Source: a virus (lineage: Duplodnaviria; Caudoviricetes). From it: a stretch of DNA of 45,226 nt. Every line of letters starts with the position of its first letter. Position 1 is the first letter of the stretch. Below, one piece after another: positions 1-8,429 of this stretch. A program made the translations under genes and the position numbers. The notes under the pieces are model-generated. The model was not told the origin of the DNA. It was given only the letters and a program-made list of their open reading frames with translations, and searched no databases. The stretch spans positions 1-45,226 of IMG/VR virus record IMGVR_UViG_3300022886_000003. The stretch is one strand, 5' to 3'.

Positions 1-1174
1 TCACATTGATGCGGTCCGGATCGATGATCAGATTGCCGTTGAGCGAACGCCGCACCGAGAACATGTGGGTGTTGTACAACCAGTTAATTACGTCGTTGAG
101 CGGCTTGGTGACTTCCATCATCCCGCGCGTCGACGAGTCGTAGCCATCGGTCTCCCAGGCGATGGCGTCATAGGGGAACTTACAGTGCCTCAAACCGAGG
201 GGACTAGCCTTGATGATCACCGAATTGTTCGCTACTAAGAACTCCCATTTCTGGTAGTACTTTCCCGGAAGTTTCCACGCCTCCGGCACCACGTTCACCA
301 CCACCCGGAAGATGCCTACTTTCCCGCCCTTGAGATCTTTGGGATCCCAGACCTTTTCGGCGGCGAGCATGTTGTCGCGCGAGCCGGCCGTCGACGGGGC
401 CATGTTGTTTCCGCCGACGCCCATGCCGCCCTCGAGTTGGTCGAGGTTGAACAGATCCCACTCGTTCTTCATCGAGCGGAGGCGTTCCAAACCCATCATC
501 ATCGTGTGGCCGCAGAACTCGCCGTCCTGGAAGTTGACAAGGGGCACACCGGGATCGGGATACCAGTCGTAGGGCCGCACGTTGGTGAGCCGGTTACCGC
601 AGTAACCTTCCACGCGCTCTTCCACCAGTTCCCATTTCGGATCCGCACCGAGGTCGATTCCACCAAGCATAGGCGCCATAGGGACGTACTCGCTGAAGAT
701 TTGGTATTCCTTGGCATAATCCGAACCCACTACGCCGCAACCGTACTTGATGGCGTCGAGCAGCCAGATGAACTCGTTGGTCGCCATGTCGCCGATGTCC
801 TGGTTGTAGGCGATCAGGGCTTCGAGGCACTGCGTGGACTGCTCGGTCTCCCCGTGCCGGCCGCGGAATTGCCACACCGGATCGCGCCCCAGGAAGACGC
901 TGGTGGCGTACGTGTGGGAGGTGAGGGCGAGGGCGTAGGAATACGGAAGAATGACTTCGGAGAACTGGGACGCCGAGCCTTGCTCGCGGGCGCGCTGCTT
1001 CTTCGAGGAAGCTTCCGTTTCGGGAAGATACGCGCGGAACAAATTTTCGGCGATCTTCCACTTCTCATGCCGGGAGGACATTCGATTCCGCGAGGAGCTA
1101 AACATATGGAGTAGCTTGTCGAGAACTTCCTCATGGGTTTCGGAAGAAAACGGGATTTTGAACTTGCCGGTCAC
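1..1174 (-). CDS. Portal protein, N-terminal part (continues across the circular junction into 45221..44451)
   Basis: Open frame from GTG 1174 (RBS AGGAGG upstream): [25 protein letters not shown]...[13 protein letters not shown]...[11 protein letters not shown]. It joins in frame to KDLIDGGPG via the 9-bp terminal overlap and lies between terL and scaffold/capsid. Absent from the ORF track because it runs off the edge. Confidence 0.85.
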   Translation of the reverse strand, partial: MTGKFKIPFSSETHEEVLDKLLHMFSSSRNRMSSRHEKWKIAENLFRAYLPETEASSKKQRAREQGSASQFSEVILPYSYALALTSHTYATSVFLGRDPVWQFRGRHGETEQSTQCLEALIAYNQDIGDMATNEFIWLLDAIKYGCGVVGSDYAKEYQIFSEYVPMAPMLGGIDLGADPKWELVEERVEGYCGNRLTNVRPYDWYPDPGVPLVNFQDGEFCGHTMMMGLERLRSMKNEWDLFNLDQLEGGMGVGGNNMAPSTAGSRDNMLAAEKVWDPKDLKGGKVGIFRVVVNVVPEAWKLPGKYYQKWEFLVANNSVIIKASPLGLRHCKFPYDAIAWETDGYDSSTRGMMEVTKPLNDVINWLYNTHMFSVRRSLNGNLIIDPDRINV

Positions 1175-1189
1175 ACGCCCTCCTGAGAA

Positions 1190-1267
1190 AATGGAACGGA
1201 CCGAGTGGCGTGTTGCAGCGCCCCCCGGTCCTGACCGATAAAACCTTTCGTGGAGGCTTTATGGCTA
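1190..1267 (-). ncRNA. Putative cis-antisense RNA to HNH-1 leader (SymR-like); ends approximate
   Basis: Antisense -10 TACAAT (plus 1274-1279); two hairpins joined by GGUCA; conserved in five copies. Confidence 0.6.
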
Positions 1268-1887
1268 AGACCGATTGTAGACCGCTGCCCGATCTCCCCC
1301 CCAAAGTTATTGCCCGATGTTGGAAATGGGTTGACCAAAGTGGTGGTCCGGACGCCTGCTGGCCTTGGACAGGTGCCAAGTCCAACGGCTATGGAAGAAT
1401 CACTATCGAGAAGCGCGGCGTTTGTGTGACTCGTATCTTCTACTTTCTCGCCACGGGGAAAGATCCCGGCTCTCTGCATGTGTGTCACCGCTGTGATTTT
1501 CCCGCCTGCTGTAACCCCGCCCATTTGTGGCTTGGAACTCCAGCCGACAATGTTCGCGACGCTGCTGCCAAGGGGCGCATGCTGTCTGGCGAAAACCACC
1601 CCTTTCGAAAGAATCCAGAGCTTGCGCCTCACGGCGATGCTCACTACACCCGGCGAAACCCGGAGCTTGTGAGGCGCGGGGATAATCACTACAACCGGCA
1701 GCATCCGGAGAACATGGCGCGTGGAGAAAGCCAGCCTAGCTCCAAGCTCAAAGAGGCCGACGTCATCGAGATCAGGCGACTCTACGCTGCGGGTTTGTCT
1801 CGATACCGGATTGCCAGAATCTTCAAAATGAGCGATCACGCGATCCGTCGTATCACAACTGGTGTTGGTTGGAAGCACGTACCCTGA
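1261..1887 (+). CDS. HNH endonuclease 1 (His-Me finger, three 15-aa repeats, C-terminal HTH)
   Basis: CWPWTG..NGYG; [27 protein letters not shown]; [19 protein letters not shown]; GGAGG RBS before ATG 1261. Confidence 0.92.
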   Translation: MAKTDCRPLPDLPPKVIARCWKWVDQSGGPDACWPWTGAKSNGYGRITIEKRGVCVTRIFYFLATGKDPGSLHVCHRCDFPACCNPAHLWLGTPADNVRDAAAKGRMLSGENHPFRKNPELAPHGDAHYTRRNPELVRRGDNHYNRQHPENMARGESQPSSKLKEADVIEIRRLYAAGLSRYRIARIFKMSDHAIRRITTGVGWKHVP

Positions 1888-1892
1888 TCGGC

Positions 1893-1970
1893 TCATCCCA
1901 ATTCTCCCCAAAGGAAAGTCATCGACGCGAGGGCCATCACGGCGAGCAGGAGCGCATCGAGGTTCGTCAT
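1893..1970 (-). CDS. 25-aa hydrophobic peptide
   Basis: MTNLDALLLAVMALASMTFLWGELG; ATGA overlap with the upstream ORF. Confidence 0.45.
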   Translation of the reverse strand: MTNLDALLLAVMALASMTFLWGELG

Positions 1971-2047
1971 TTGGTGAGGTACCTCAGGGCCAGAAGGCAG
2001 CCGACGAACGCGGCGATGAGCAGGAGGTAGAACGTGGCTTCACTCAC
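1967..2047 (-). CDS. 26-aa hydrophobic peptide (alternatively the C-terminus of an 88-aa ORF starting at 2233)
   Basis: (V/M)SEATFYLLLIAAFVGCLLALRYLTK; GTGA overlap. Confidence 0.5.
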   Translation of the reverse strand: MSEATFYLLLIAAFVGCLLALRYLTK

Positions 2048-2121
2048 TGTTTCAATTCGTAAATCAAGTAGACGATGCCCACCACGATGACCGCGAGGAT
2101 GGCGATTTCGGGCCACGTCAT
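2044..2121 (-). CDS. 25-aa hydrophobic peptide
   Basis: MTWPEIAILAVIVVGIVYLIYELKQ; stop overlaps the next GTG. Confidence 0.5.
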   Translation of the reverse strand: MTWPEIAILAVIVVGIVYLIYELKQ

Positions 2122-2229
2122 CTCGCGTTTCCACATCGGCTCGAGACCCTTCAAATCCTGGAAGCGTAAAGGTGTGCGGCCCATAGAGGAACTTCATATT
2201 CGCATGTAATCGCGGATAGGCGTGAATTT

Positions 2230-2430
2230 TCATCGTGGAAAGAGCCTCGCCCCCCCGCCCACGCCGAGTTGATGGGCGAGGAAGAGCAGCAGCACGATCA
2301 GAAGTAACCCGCCCACGATCCACTTCACGGGAGCCGGCAGCGCGTAGGTGACGATGATCCAATTCAATCCCCACACTACGATTGCGAAGATGATGATCGC
2401 GATGATCAGGTAGATTAATTGATCGATCAT
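2230..2430 (-). CDS. Two-TM small membrane protein, holin candidate
   Basis: 66 aa, two hydrophobic helices separated by LPAP; GGAGG RBS. Confidence 0.7.
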   Translation of the reverse strand: MIDQLIYLIIAIIIFAIVVWGLNWIIVTYALPAPVKWIVGGLLLIVLLLFLAHQLGVGGGARLFPR

Positions 2431-2449
2431 GGGGCCACCTCCGTGGCAT

Positions 2450-2526
2450 AATTGAGCGGACCGTGTGGCGTGTTCAGCACCGCACGGCCCTGACCGAGAC
2501 GACCTGAATAGGAGGCCGAATGGCTA
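2450..2526 (-). ncRNA. Putative cis-antisense RNA to HNH-2 leader
   Basis: Antisense -10 TACAAT (plus 2533-2538); sense TGgCATAAT upstream; conserved two-hairpin motif. Confidence 0.6.
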
Positions 2527-3113
2527 GAAGAGATTGTAGACCGCTCTTTCCGCTTTCCCCTAAAGACATCGAAAGATTCTGGTCGAAAATCGACCGGGGA
2601 GGGGAGGACGAGTGCTGGCTTTGGAAGGGCTGCACCACACGGCATGGCTATGGAGCGTTTGGTTATGGTCCACCGAAACAACAGCGGATGTTCAGGGCGA
2701 ATCGCATAGCGTATTTTTTGGGCCATGGCAGGGATCCAATCCCTTTCTGCGTCCTGCACACCTGCGACAATCCGCCCTGCTGCAATCCGATTCATTATTT
2801 TTTGGGCAGTCGAGCGGATAACGTTCAAGACGCGACCGCCAAGGGACGCATGCAATCCGGGGAGAACCACTACATGCGAAGACACCCGGAGCTTATCGTG
2901 CGCGGAGAAAGCCACTATTCCAGAAAGCATCCGGAATTTGTACTGCGGGGAGAGAGACGTCACAACGCCAAATTGGGAGAATCCGATGTCGTCGAAATCA
3001 GGACGCTTTACCGAACTGGATCCTACGGTCAAGAAGCCCTTGCCGCCATGTTCGGCGTGACGAAGGGAAACGTCAGCCAGATCATCCGCCGGAAAACATG
3101 GACGCATATCTAG
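2520..3113 (+). CDS. HNH endonuclease 2
   Basis: RFWSKIDR..ECWLWKG..HGYGAF; VLHTCDNPPCCNPIHYFLGSRADNVQD; HTH; stop overlaps the terL stop (CTAG 3110-3113). Confidence 0.92.
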   Translation: MARRDCRPLFPLSPKDIERFWSKIDRGGEDECWLWKGCTTRHGYGAFGYGPPKQQRMFRANRIAYFLGHGRDPIPFCVLHTCDNPPCCNPIHYFLGSRADNVQDATAKGRMQSGENHYMRRHPELIVRGESHYSRKHPEFVLRGERRHNAKLGESDVVEIRTLYRTGSYGQEALAAMFGVTKGNVSQIIRRKTWTHI

Positions 3114-4615
3114 GGGCATTGGCGCCACGCTTCTTCCAGGGCCTTAGGTTCTCCAAGGGGCAAGAAGCGCCCCTCTTCGTAGTCTCCAGAGGATAGCTCC
3201 AGGACGAGAGATACGGCGACCGCCACCACGTCGATCACGTCATCGTGTTCGACTCCCGGATACATCGCCCACTGCTGAAGGAACTCGGTCATCTCCTTAC
3301 GGACGTAGAGCTTGTTGTGAGCGGCTAGACCGGAGAGGGATTGCCGGATCTTGACCGGCTTGGGGCGGCGGTCATTCCAATTCTCTACCGCGTGGAAGAT
3401 GCCTTTCTTCCGCATGGCCTCATCCAGAATCCATTTGAGCGTGGTCTCGTAGGCCACGGCGTGGACCCGGACGCGAACCGGTTTCCACTTGGCGGTGAAC
3501 TCGAAGAATTTGGCCGCAGACCAGTCGGGCTGATGGTTCTTGGAGATGGAGTACTCGAGCAAAAATACGTCCTTCGCGGCGTTCATACCCACGATGCAGT
3601 GTGCTTCAAAGTCCTTCTTGGCGAGGCCCTTCTCTACCTGCGCCTTACTGGGAGGCGGAACGGGATCGATCGCGTAGACGGTCAGGAGATTGGGCGGCGG
3701 CACCTCGTAGAAACGCAGGTCCGACTGCTGGAAGAATTGGCCCTGATCCGGGACGTTGATGCACAGGTACTCACGGGCGAAGTAGGCGAATTGATAGCGG
3801 CGCTGGTAGTTTTCCTCTTTGGCGTTGAGTTCCGCCGTGGGGAGGCTGGCTTCCCAGACACTCTTGCCGTTCTCGCCCCGGGCACCGATGCGCTGGAAGC
3901 GCCACTCGGGATCGTTCTCGGCAGAACTGATGAGATCGCGTGGCTGCATCGGGGTTTGCAGCATGACCATCTTGCGATTGGGAGCATCGAGCTTGCTCGC
4001 CATTGTATTTCGGATACTCGCGTACACTAACTGATTAATTTTTTCAATCTGCTCCGGGCTGCCAACATTCTCTTCTGACTGGATATCATCCAGGCAAATC
4101 AGGTCAGGACGGAATGCGTTGATATTCAACCCTCGAATCGAGGAAGTGATGCCTACCGAAACCAAAGAAATTTTCGTCTCCGGCTCATCGTGCTTGAAGC
4201 GGCAGAGAACATCGAAGCGATCCGCGTTCCACACATTCCCCGGCCTGAGTCCGTAGGTTTGGGCGAACGCCATTCCATCGCTGCTGCTGCCCTCGATGGC
4301 CGACCGCAGCCAGTCCCCTGTCTCGAAGGCTTTGTTCTGATTGACCCCGATATAGGCGATGGTGCGGCTGACCCGGTAGGCCATGCACCACGCCACATAA
4401 GCCCTCAGCAGCGTAGTTTTCGCGCCACCTCGGAAGACAGAAATCGCCGAGAGTTCGCAGGAAGTATCTATCCAATCGGCCCATATCCGGCGATGGAAAT
4501 CAGGTGATGGCTGCCTAAAAGCGGAGGGGAAGAAGGTGCGGCAGAAAAGCTCCCCGTCGGTGGCGCACAGCGATACTAATTCGTTGAGGTCAACCTGCGG
4601 GGAAGCTTTCTTCAT
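3110..4615 (-). CDS. terL: Terminase large subunit
   Basis: Walker A-like FRGGAKTT, Walker B LICLDD, coupling motif LQTP, nuclease AIDP...HDDVID. Start ATG 4615 (ATGA overlap) or 4621. Confidence 0.93.
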   Translation of the reverse strand: MKKASPQVDLNELVSLCATDGELFCRTFFPSAFRQPSPDFHRRIWADWIDTSCELSAISVFRGGAKTTLLRAYVAWCMAYRVSRTIAYIGVNQNKAFETGDWLRSAIEGSSSDGMAFAQTYGLRPGNVWNADRFDVLCRFKHDEPETKISLVSVGITSSIRGLNINAFRPDLICLDDIQSEENVGSPEQIEKINQLVYASIRNTMASKLDAPNRKMVMLQTPMQPRDLISSAENDPEWRFQRIGARGENGKSVWEASLPTAELNAKEENYQRRYQFAYFAREYLCINVPDQGQFFQQSDLRFYEVPPPNLLTVYAIDPVPPPSKAQVEKGLAKKDFEAHCIVGMNAAKDVFLLEYSISKNHQPDWSAAKFFEFTAKWKPVRVRVHAVAYETTLKWILDEAMRKKGIFHAVENWNDRRPKPVKIRQSLSGLAAHNKLYVRKEMTEFLQQWAMYPGVEHDDVIDVVAVAVSLVLELSSGDYEEGRFLPLGEPKALEEAWRQCP

Positions 4616-4779
4616 CGGCATTCCCGTTCAGCCCTTTCGCGGCGAGACCGTTCGACGTTCCGGTAGAAGAGTTTCTCGCGCGAGTCGAGCGCAATCCGGT
4701 GGGCGAGCGAGGCGGCGAACATGGACCCCAGGATCACAACCACTATGGCTACGTCGATGAGGTCCACGTTTTCAGTCAT
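4612..4779 (-). CDS. 55-aa single-TM protein
   Basis: MTENVDLIDVAIVVVILGSMFAASLAHR...; fills the gap exactly and its stop overlaps the terL ATG. Confidence 0.6.
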   Translation of the reverse strand: MTENVDLIDVAIVVVILGSMFAASLAHRIALDSREKLFYRNVERSRRERAERECR

Positions 4780-4782
4780 CAG

Positions 4783-5190
4783 TTATTTGTGCGGGAACGG
4801 CGGTCCGACCGGCGGCTCCTTGGGATGCTTGGCATCCTTGTCGTTCTTGTCGTCCTTGTCCTTGTCATCCTTGGTCTTGGGCTTGGGATTGGTGTCGGCG
4901 AAGGCCATGTCGCGGACATGCTGGAAGGCGGCGCGGTCGTCTTCAGCCATGCGGCGATGTTCATCGGGATCGTCGAAGGGGCCGCGGCCGATAGCTAAGT
5001 TGGCGACGGCGCGCCACCGGAGCTTGGCGCTCAGGGCCACGTCCTTCCAGGCGGGGCGCTTGGCTTCGGTCTTCCAGTAAGACGCCCAGGCTTCGTAGAG
5101 CTTCTCGGCCAGCCCTTCGGCGGTATGTTCTGGCCCGGGAGCGGGGAGCGGAGTCGGTTCCGGCTTGTAGGCCGTATCTTTTTCGGTCAT
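4783..5190 (-). CDS. Hypothetical protein (LAEKLYEA..P.W...W..VA motif, KD-rich tail)
   Basis: AGGAG RBS; motif shared with the N-terminus of 5203..5991. Confidence 0.7.
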   Translation of the reverse strand: MTEKDTAYKPEPTPLPAPGPEHTAEGLAEKLYEAWASYWKTEAKRPAWKDVALSAKLRWRAVANLAIGRGPFDDPDEHRRMAEDDRAAFQHVRDMAFADTNPKPKTKDDKDKDDKNDKDAKHPKEPPVGPPFPHK

Positions 5191-5202
5191 CGTTCTTTCT
5201 CC

Positions 5203-5991
5203 TTATTTATGATTCGGCTTCTTCGCCGCGGCGTGCGCGGAGGATTGGGCGGCAAAGGTGCCGGCGGCGGCGGGCGCCACGATGGCGGTGTGGGTTTTGC
5301 CGTTGATGTAGAGCGCGCCGCGCAGTTCGGTCGCGCCCGTGTTGGCCTCGACGGTATAGCTCACCGTTCCATCGGCAGCCTGCGGGGTGTCTTCTGGAGG
5401 CGAGTCGATGGTGAGCCAGGTGGCTTCTGACTGTTTGTCGACTTGCCAGGTGTTGTCGATGCCCGGTTCGGTGATGGTGACCGTGACCGCGCCGGTTCCG
5501 CCGGTCGAGGGGAAGTTCTGCTCGAGCGGCGCAATGGTGACGCCGGCCACATCGGGCAGCGTACCCCCGCCTGGGCCGGTGGGCGGCACATCGCCTACAT
5601 GCTGCTTCTTCTTTAACGGCAGCGGCTTGACGTCGCGCCGCAGATCTTCCATCACGTCGCCGGAAACCTCTCCGACCGAGGCCCAATCGGCGGCGAGGCT
5701 CTCGGGGAGCGCGGCCCATTGAGGGTGCGGGCCGAGGATCTCGATGGCCTTCGGGTCGGTCGACTCGCCGGCGGATGCTTCAAAGAGGATCGGCGGCGGG
5801 GGAGGCGGGGGCGCCTCGGCACCGGCATCGATGGATTCCTGAGCCACGATGTACCAGGCGTTCTTGACGGTACGCTGGGTCTCGGACCATGTGGGGATGG
5901 GGGCGAGCGTCTCCTCCGTCATCCAGTCGAGCATCTGGGCCTTGGCCGTGTAGAGGCGCTCGGCGAGTTCTTCCATCGTGGTGGTTTGCAT
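5203..5991 (-). CDS. BACON/Ig-like domain protein
   Basis: C-terminal FPSTGGTGAVTVT..W....ATWLTI...GTVSYTVEANTGATELRGALYINGKT matches the BACON pattern. Confidence 0.75.
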   Translation of the reverse strand: MQTTTMEELAERLYTAKAQMLDWMTEETLAPIPTWSETQRTVKNAWYIVAQESIDAGAEAPPPPPPPILFEASAGESTDPKAIEILGPHPQWAALPESLAADWASVGEVSGDVMEDLRRDVKPLPLKKKQHVGDVPPTGPGGGTLPDVAGVTIAPLEQNFPSTGGTGAVTVTITEPGIDNTWQVDKQSEATWLTIDSPPEDTPQAADGTVSYTVEANTGATELRGALYINGKTHTAIVAPAAAGTFAAQSSAHAAAKKPNHK

Positions 5992-6483
5992 CTAACTTTC
6001 CTGTTCTTCGAGGTTGGCTTCTATGGTGAGGGGCGGGGCGGCACGGCGTGAGAGCGCCCGCTCGCGCGCCTCATTAATAATGTTCACGTCGACTTGCAGG
6101 TGCGAGTGGACGTGCATGTCGGTTGAGTAGCCCTTGGGGTTGATGTAGCCGAGGGCGGTGAGCGAGAGCTTGGCGGCGGTGAGCAGCTCGCGCGACTCGA
6201 GTTCGTTCTCTTCCAAACGACGATCGATTTCATCCAGCGAGCGGTGCGCGAGGCTGTTCAATTTGTCGGTGATTTTGGCACCGACGAATACCGCCTCTTT
6301 CCCTTGTTCTTTGCAGAGTTCGAGGTAGGCAGCCTGGAACAGATCGTTGTGGATTAAAACGTGGATGTAGTGGCGAGAATAGTTCAACTCGATCGCCGCT
6401 TCCCTTATCTGGCGACCGGGGTTGGCGATCATCCAGTGCAAGAGCGCCTGATGACGATAGTTAAGTGATTTTATATCCGCCAA
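5992..6483 (-). CDS. Putative terminase small subunit (HTH); start uncertain (TTG 6483)
   Basis: HQALLHWMIANPGRQIREAAIELNYS..DLFQ HTH plus helical C-terminus, upstream of terL. The ORF-track extension to 6768 is antisense to HNH-3. Confidence 0.55.
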   Translation of the reverse strand: MADIKSLNYRHQALLHWMIANPGRQIREAAIELNYSRHYIHVLIHNDLFQAAYLELCKEQGKEAVFVGAKITDKLNSLAHRSLDEIDRRLEENELESRELLTAAKLSLTALGYINPKGYSTDMHVHSHLQVDVNIINEARERALSRRAAPPLTIEANLEEQES

Positions 6484-6524
6484 TGGGCTTAAGTATAATC
6501 CCGCTCTTGGGTTTCTGCCATATA

Positions 6525-6602
6525 ATTGATCGAGCCGAGCGGCGTGTTGCAGCGCCACCCGACTCTGACCACAGTGCTCTTGAAAGGAGAACACGATGGC
6601 TA
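6525..6602 (-). ncRNA. Putative cis-antisense RNA to HNH-3 leader
   Basis: Antisense -10 TAAACT (plus 6609-6614); sense TATAAT 6521-6526; conserved motif. Confidence 0.6.
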
Positions 6603-7153
6603 GAATCCAGTTTAAACTCACTCCCAAATTTTTCGAGAAGGACACTGCCCGGGCTTTGTCAAAGGCGGACAGGAGTGGTGGCCCGGACGCCTGTTGGATT
6701 TGGACGGGCGGCATTTTGAAAAACGGATACGGGCAGTTCGGCATCCGTCGACTTAAAGAGAGGCACACTCTGTATGCACACAGAGTCGCCTACTTCTTAG
6801 CGTACGGAGTGGACCCCGGTGGTCTGCAGGTCTGCCACAAATGTGACGTAAAGTTGTGCGTAAACCCCGCCCATTTGTGGCTCGGTGACCAAGGCCAAAA
6901 TGTCCGCGATGCCGTCGCCAAGGGACATATGCAGACCGGGGATAAACACTTCTATCGAAGGCACCCGGAACTGGTGCAGCGTGGGGAACAGCGTGGCAAA
7001 GCTGCGAAGTTGAAAGAGGCTGATGTGATCGAGATCAGAAGGATGTTCGCCACGGGCATGTACTTTCAATACGAGATCGCTGAGATGTTCGGGGTTTGCC
7101 AAACCAACATCAGCATGATCGTCAACCGCAAGCACTGGCGACATCTGCCCTAA
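6596..7153 (+). CDS. HNH endonuclease 3
   Basis: ACWIWTG..NGYGQF; AHRVAYFL; [27 protein letters not shown]; HTH; WRHLP. Confidence 0.92.
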   Translation: MARIQFKLTPKFFEKDTARALSKADRSGGPDACWIWTGGILKNGYGQFGIRRLKERHTLYAHRVAYFLAYGVDPGGLQVCHKCDVKLCVNPAHLWLGDQGQNVRDAVAKGHMQTGDKHFYRRHPELVQRGEQRGKAAKLKEADVIEIRRMFATGMYFQYEIAEMFGVCQTNISMIVNRKHWRHLP

Positions 7154-7196
7154 AAGAACGGGATTCGGGCGCTTAGTCAGATGCGTCCGAACCCCG
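7152..7196 (-). terminator. Intrinsic terminator
   Basis: Minus-strand 14-bp stem CGGGGTTCGGACGC...GCGCCCGAATCCCG followed by TTCTTTT. Confidence 0.65.
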
Positions 7197-7311
7197 CTTA
7201 TCGAGCGGCGAATGGATCACGAGAACCGCCCGAAACACCACGTGACAAATCAGAAATGCCCAAACAACTGTCGCGGGTTGCCCTGTCTAGGAGGAAACGA
7301 CAACCCTAATG
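7152..7311 (-). ncRNA. Candidate ~160 nt sRNA with an anti-SD loop
   Basis: Bounded by a consensus promoter and a terminator; no convincing ORF. Confidence 0.5.
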
Positions 7312-7317
7312 GGGTTC

Positions 7318-7346
7318 ATGGTACGCCTCAAGAGCAGGCGCGTCAA
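7318..7346 (-). promoter_or_regulatory. Sigma70-type promoter
   Basis: TTGACG-17 nt-TACCAT. Confidence 0.7.
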
Positions 7347-8087
7347 TCAGCCCTGACCTCCGAGCTGCCCTCTGAGCCAATTGAAGAACGCGGTTTGGTC
7401 TCCTTGGCCGGACTGCGGACCGAAGAAGCCAGCCTGCTCGGCGTTCGGGGTGTTGGTGGAAACAGGTGTACTCCGGTTCCAGTAGGGCGCATCCCACGCC
7501 TCGGCTAGTTGAGGAGCGGGGCCGCCCCATCCTGTATTGGTGAGCCCTGCCTTGTACCGCGCGGCCACGTCCTCGGGACGATCGCCACGCGCCAACTGGA
7601 AAGCCCCCATGCTGGCATCCTGCACGTCACCCTGACCTTGGAAATCTAGCCCCAGCATCGGTTGAGAGGGGGCGCCTGATCCGGGGCTCGACATCCCTTC
7701 GGTGTTCTGAGATACGACATTCGCGCCGAGCAGGGAGCCGAGCCTCTGCGCCGCCTCTGGAGTGACGTACCTCTCGGAGGCGAAGGGCACTGTCTGATTA
7801 TTCTGCGTGCCGGTGACGCCCGTCTGAAAGGGCGATTGCCCGCCGAAGAAGCCGCCGGTGCCTGCGGTGGAAGCAGGAGGCGGGAGTCCGGGATTGGTTT
7901 GTGGGGTGCCTCCTGCCAGTGGTCCTTGGGCGCCGGGCTGCTCGTAGCCGCCGGTGGCTGGTGGAGGAGTGGCGGCGCCGAGGACAGGCGTGCCGGGGAG
8001 CGAGGCGAGAGCGCCTCCGAGTCCGCCGCCGCCGAAGAATGGGTTGTCGATGGGGCGGCCGAATTCATCGAGCTTGGTGGCAGCCAT
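7347..8087 (-). CDS. Gly/Pro-rich hypothetical protein
   Basis: 246 aa; RBS GAGGAG; core Y.T.E.AQ motif resembling 10297..10767. Confidence 0.7.
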   Translation of the reverse strand: MAATKLDEFGRPIDNPFFGGGGLGGALASLPGTPVLGAATPPPATGGYEQPGAQGPLAGGTPQTNPGLPPPASTAGTGGFFGGQSPFQTGVTGTQNNQTVPFASERYVTPEAAQRLGSLLGANVVSQNTEGMSSPGSGAPSQPMLGLDFQGQGDVQDASMGAFQLARGDRPEDVAARYKAGLTNTGWGGPAPQLAEAWDAPYWNRSTPVSTNTPNAEQAGFFGPQSGQGDQTAFFNWLRGQLGGQG

Positions 8088-8088
8088 G

Positions 8089-8220
8089 TTAGGTGAGCTC
8101 CTCTACTTCATTGGCATCTTCGGCGGGCGCGTAGTCGGGGGCAACGGGGGGAACGTCGGGCGAGTCTGGCTCGAAGAGTTCATCGAACTCGGGATCCGGA
8201 GGATCTTTGGGTGGCGGCAT
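8089..8220 (-). CDS. 43-aa acidic Pro-rich peptide, probably leaderless
   Basis: MPPPKDPPDPEFDELFEPDSPDVPPVAPDYAPAEDANEVEELT; ATG 7 nt after the -10 box. Confidence 0.6.
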   Translation of the reverse strand: MPPPKDPPDPEFDELFEPDSPDVPPVAPDYAPAEDANEVEELT

Positions 8221-8227
8221 GGTTGCA

Positions 8228-8256
8228 AGTATAAGGCGAGTTGATGCGGATGGCAA
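8228..8256 (-). promoter_or_regulatory. Sigma70-type promoter
   Basis: TTGCCA-17 nt-TATACT. Confidence 0.75.
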
Positions 8257-8290
8257 AAAAAAGCGGCTACCGGGACGCGCCCGATAGCCG
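8255..8290 (-). terminator. Intrinsic terminator
   Basis: CGGCTATCGGG-CGCGT-CCCGGTAGCCG-C-T8. Confidence 0.85.
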
Positions 8291-8429
8291 AGGATTGAAG
8301 TGGAATCTGATTCTACGGACGCATTGCTCCTGGAAGTCAAAGTGAGCCGGTCTCCTCCGAGTTACCAGCTCACTCCTCCATGCTTCTTTCGTGGCGAGAT
8401 TCAATCATACAAAGAAGCGGGGCGTCTCG

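Noticed and set aside
1171-1911. Similar-looking antisense ORFs opposite the HNH genes (1171..1911, 2427..3128, 9716..10291)
   Set aside because: Their mutual similarity follows from the paralogous HNH sense strands, they are not open in all five copies, and they have no RBS. Translation is not excluded but is unsupported.
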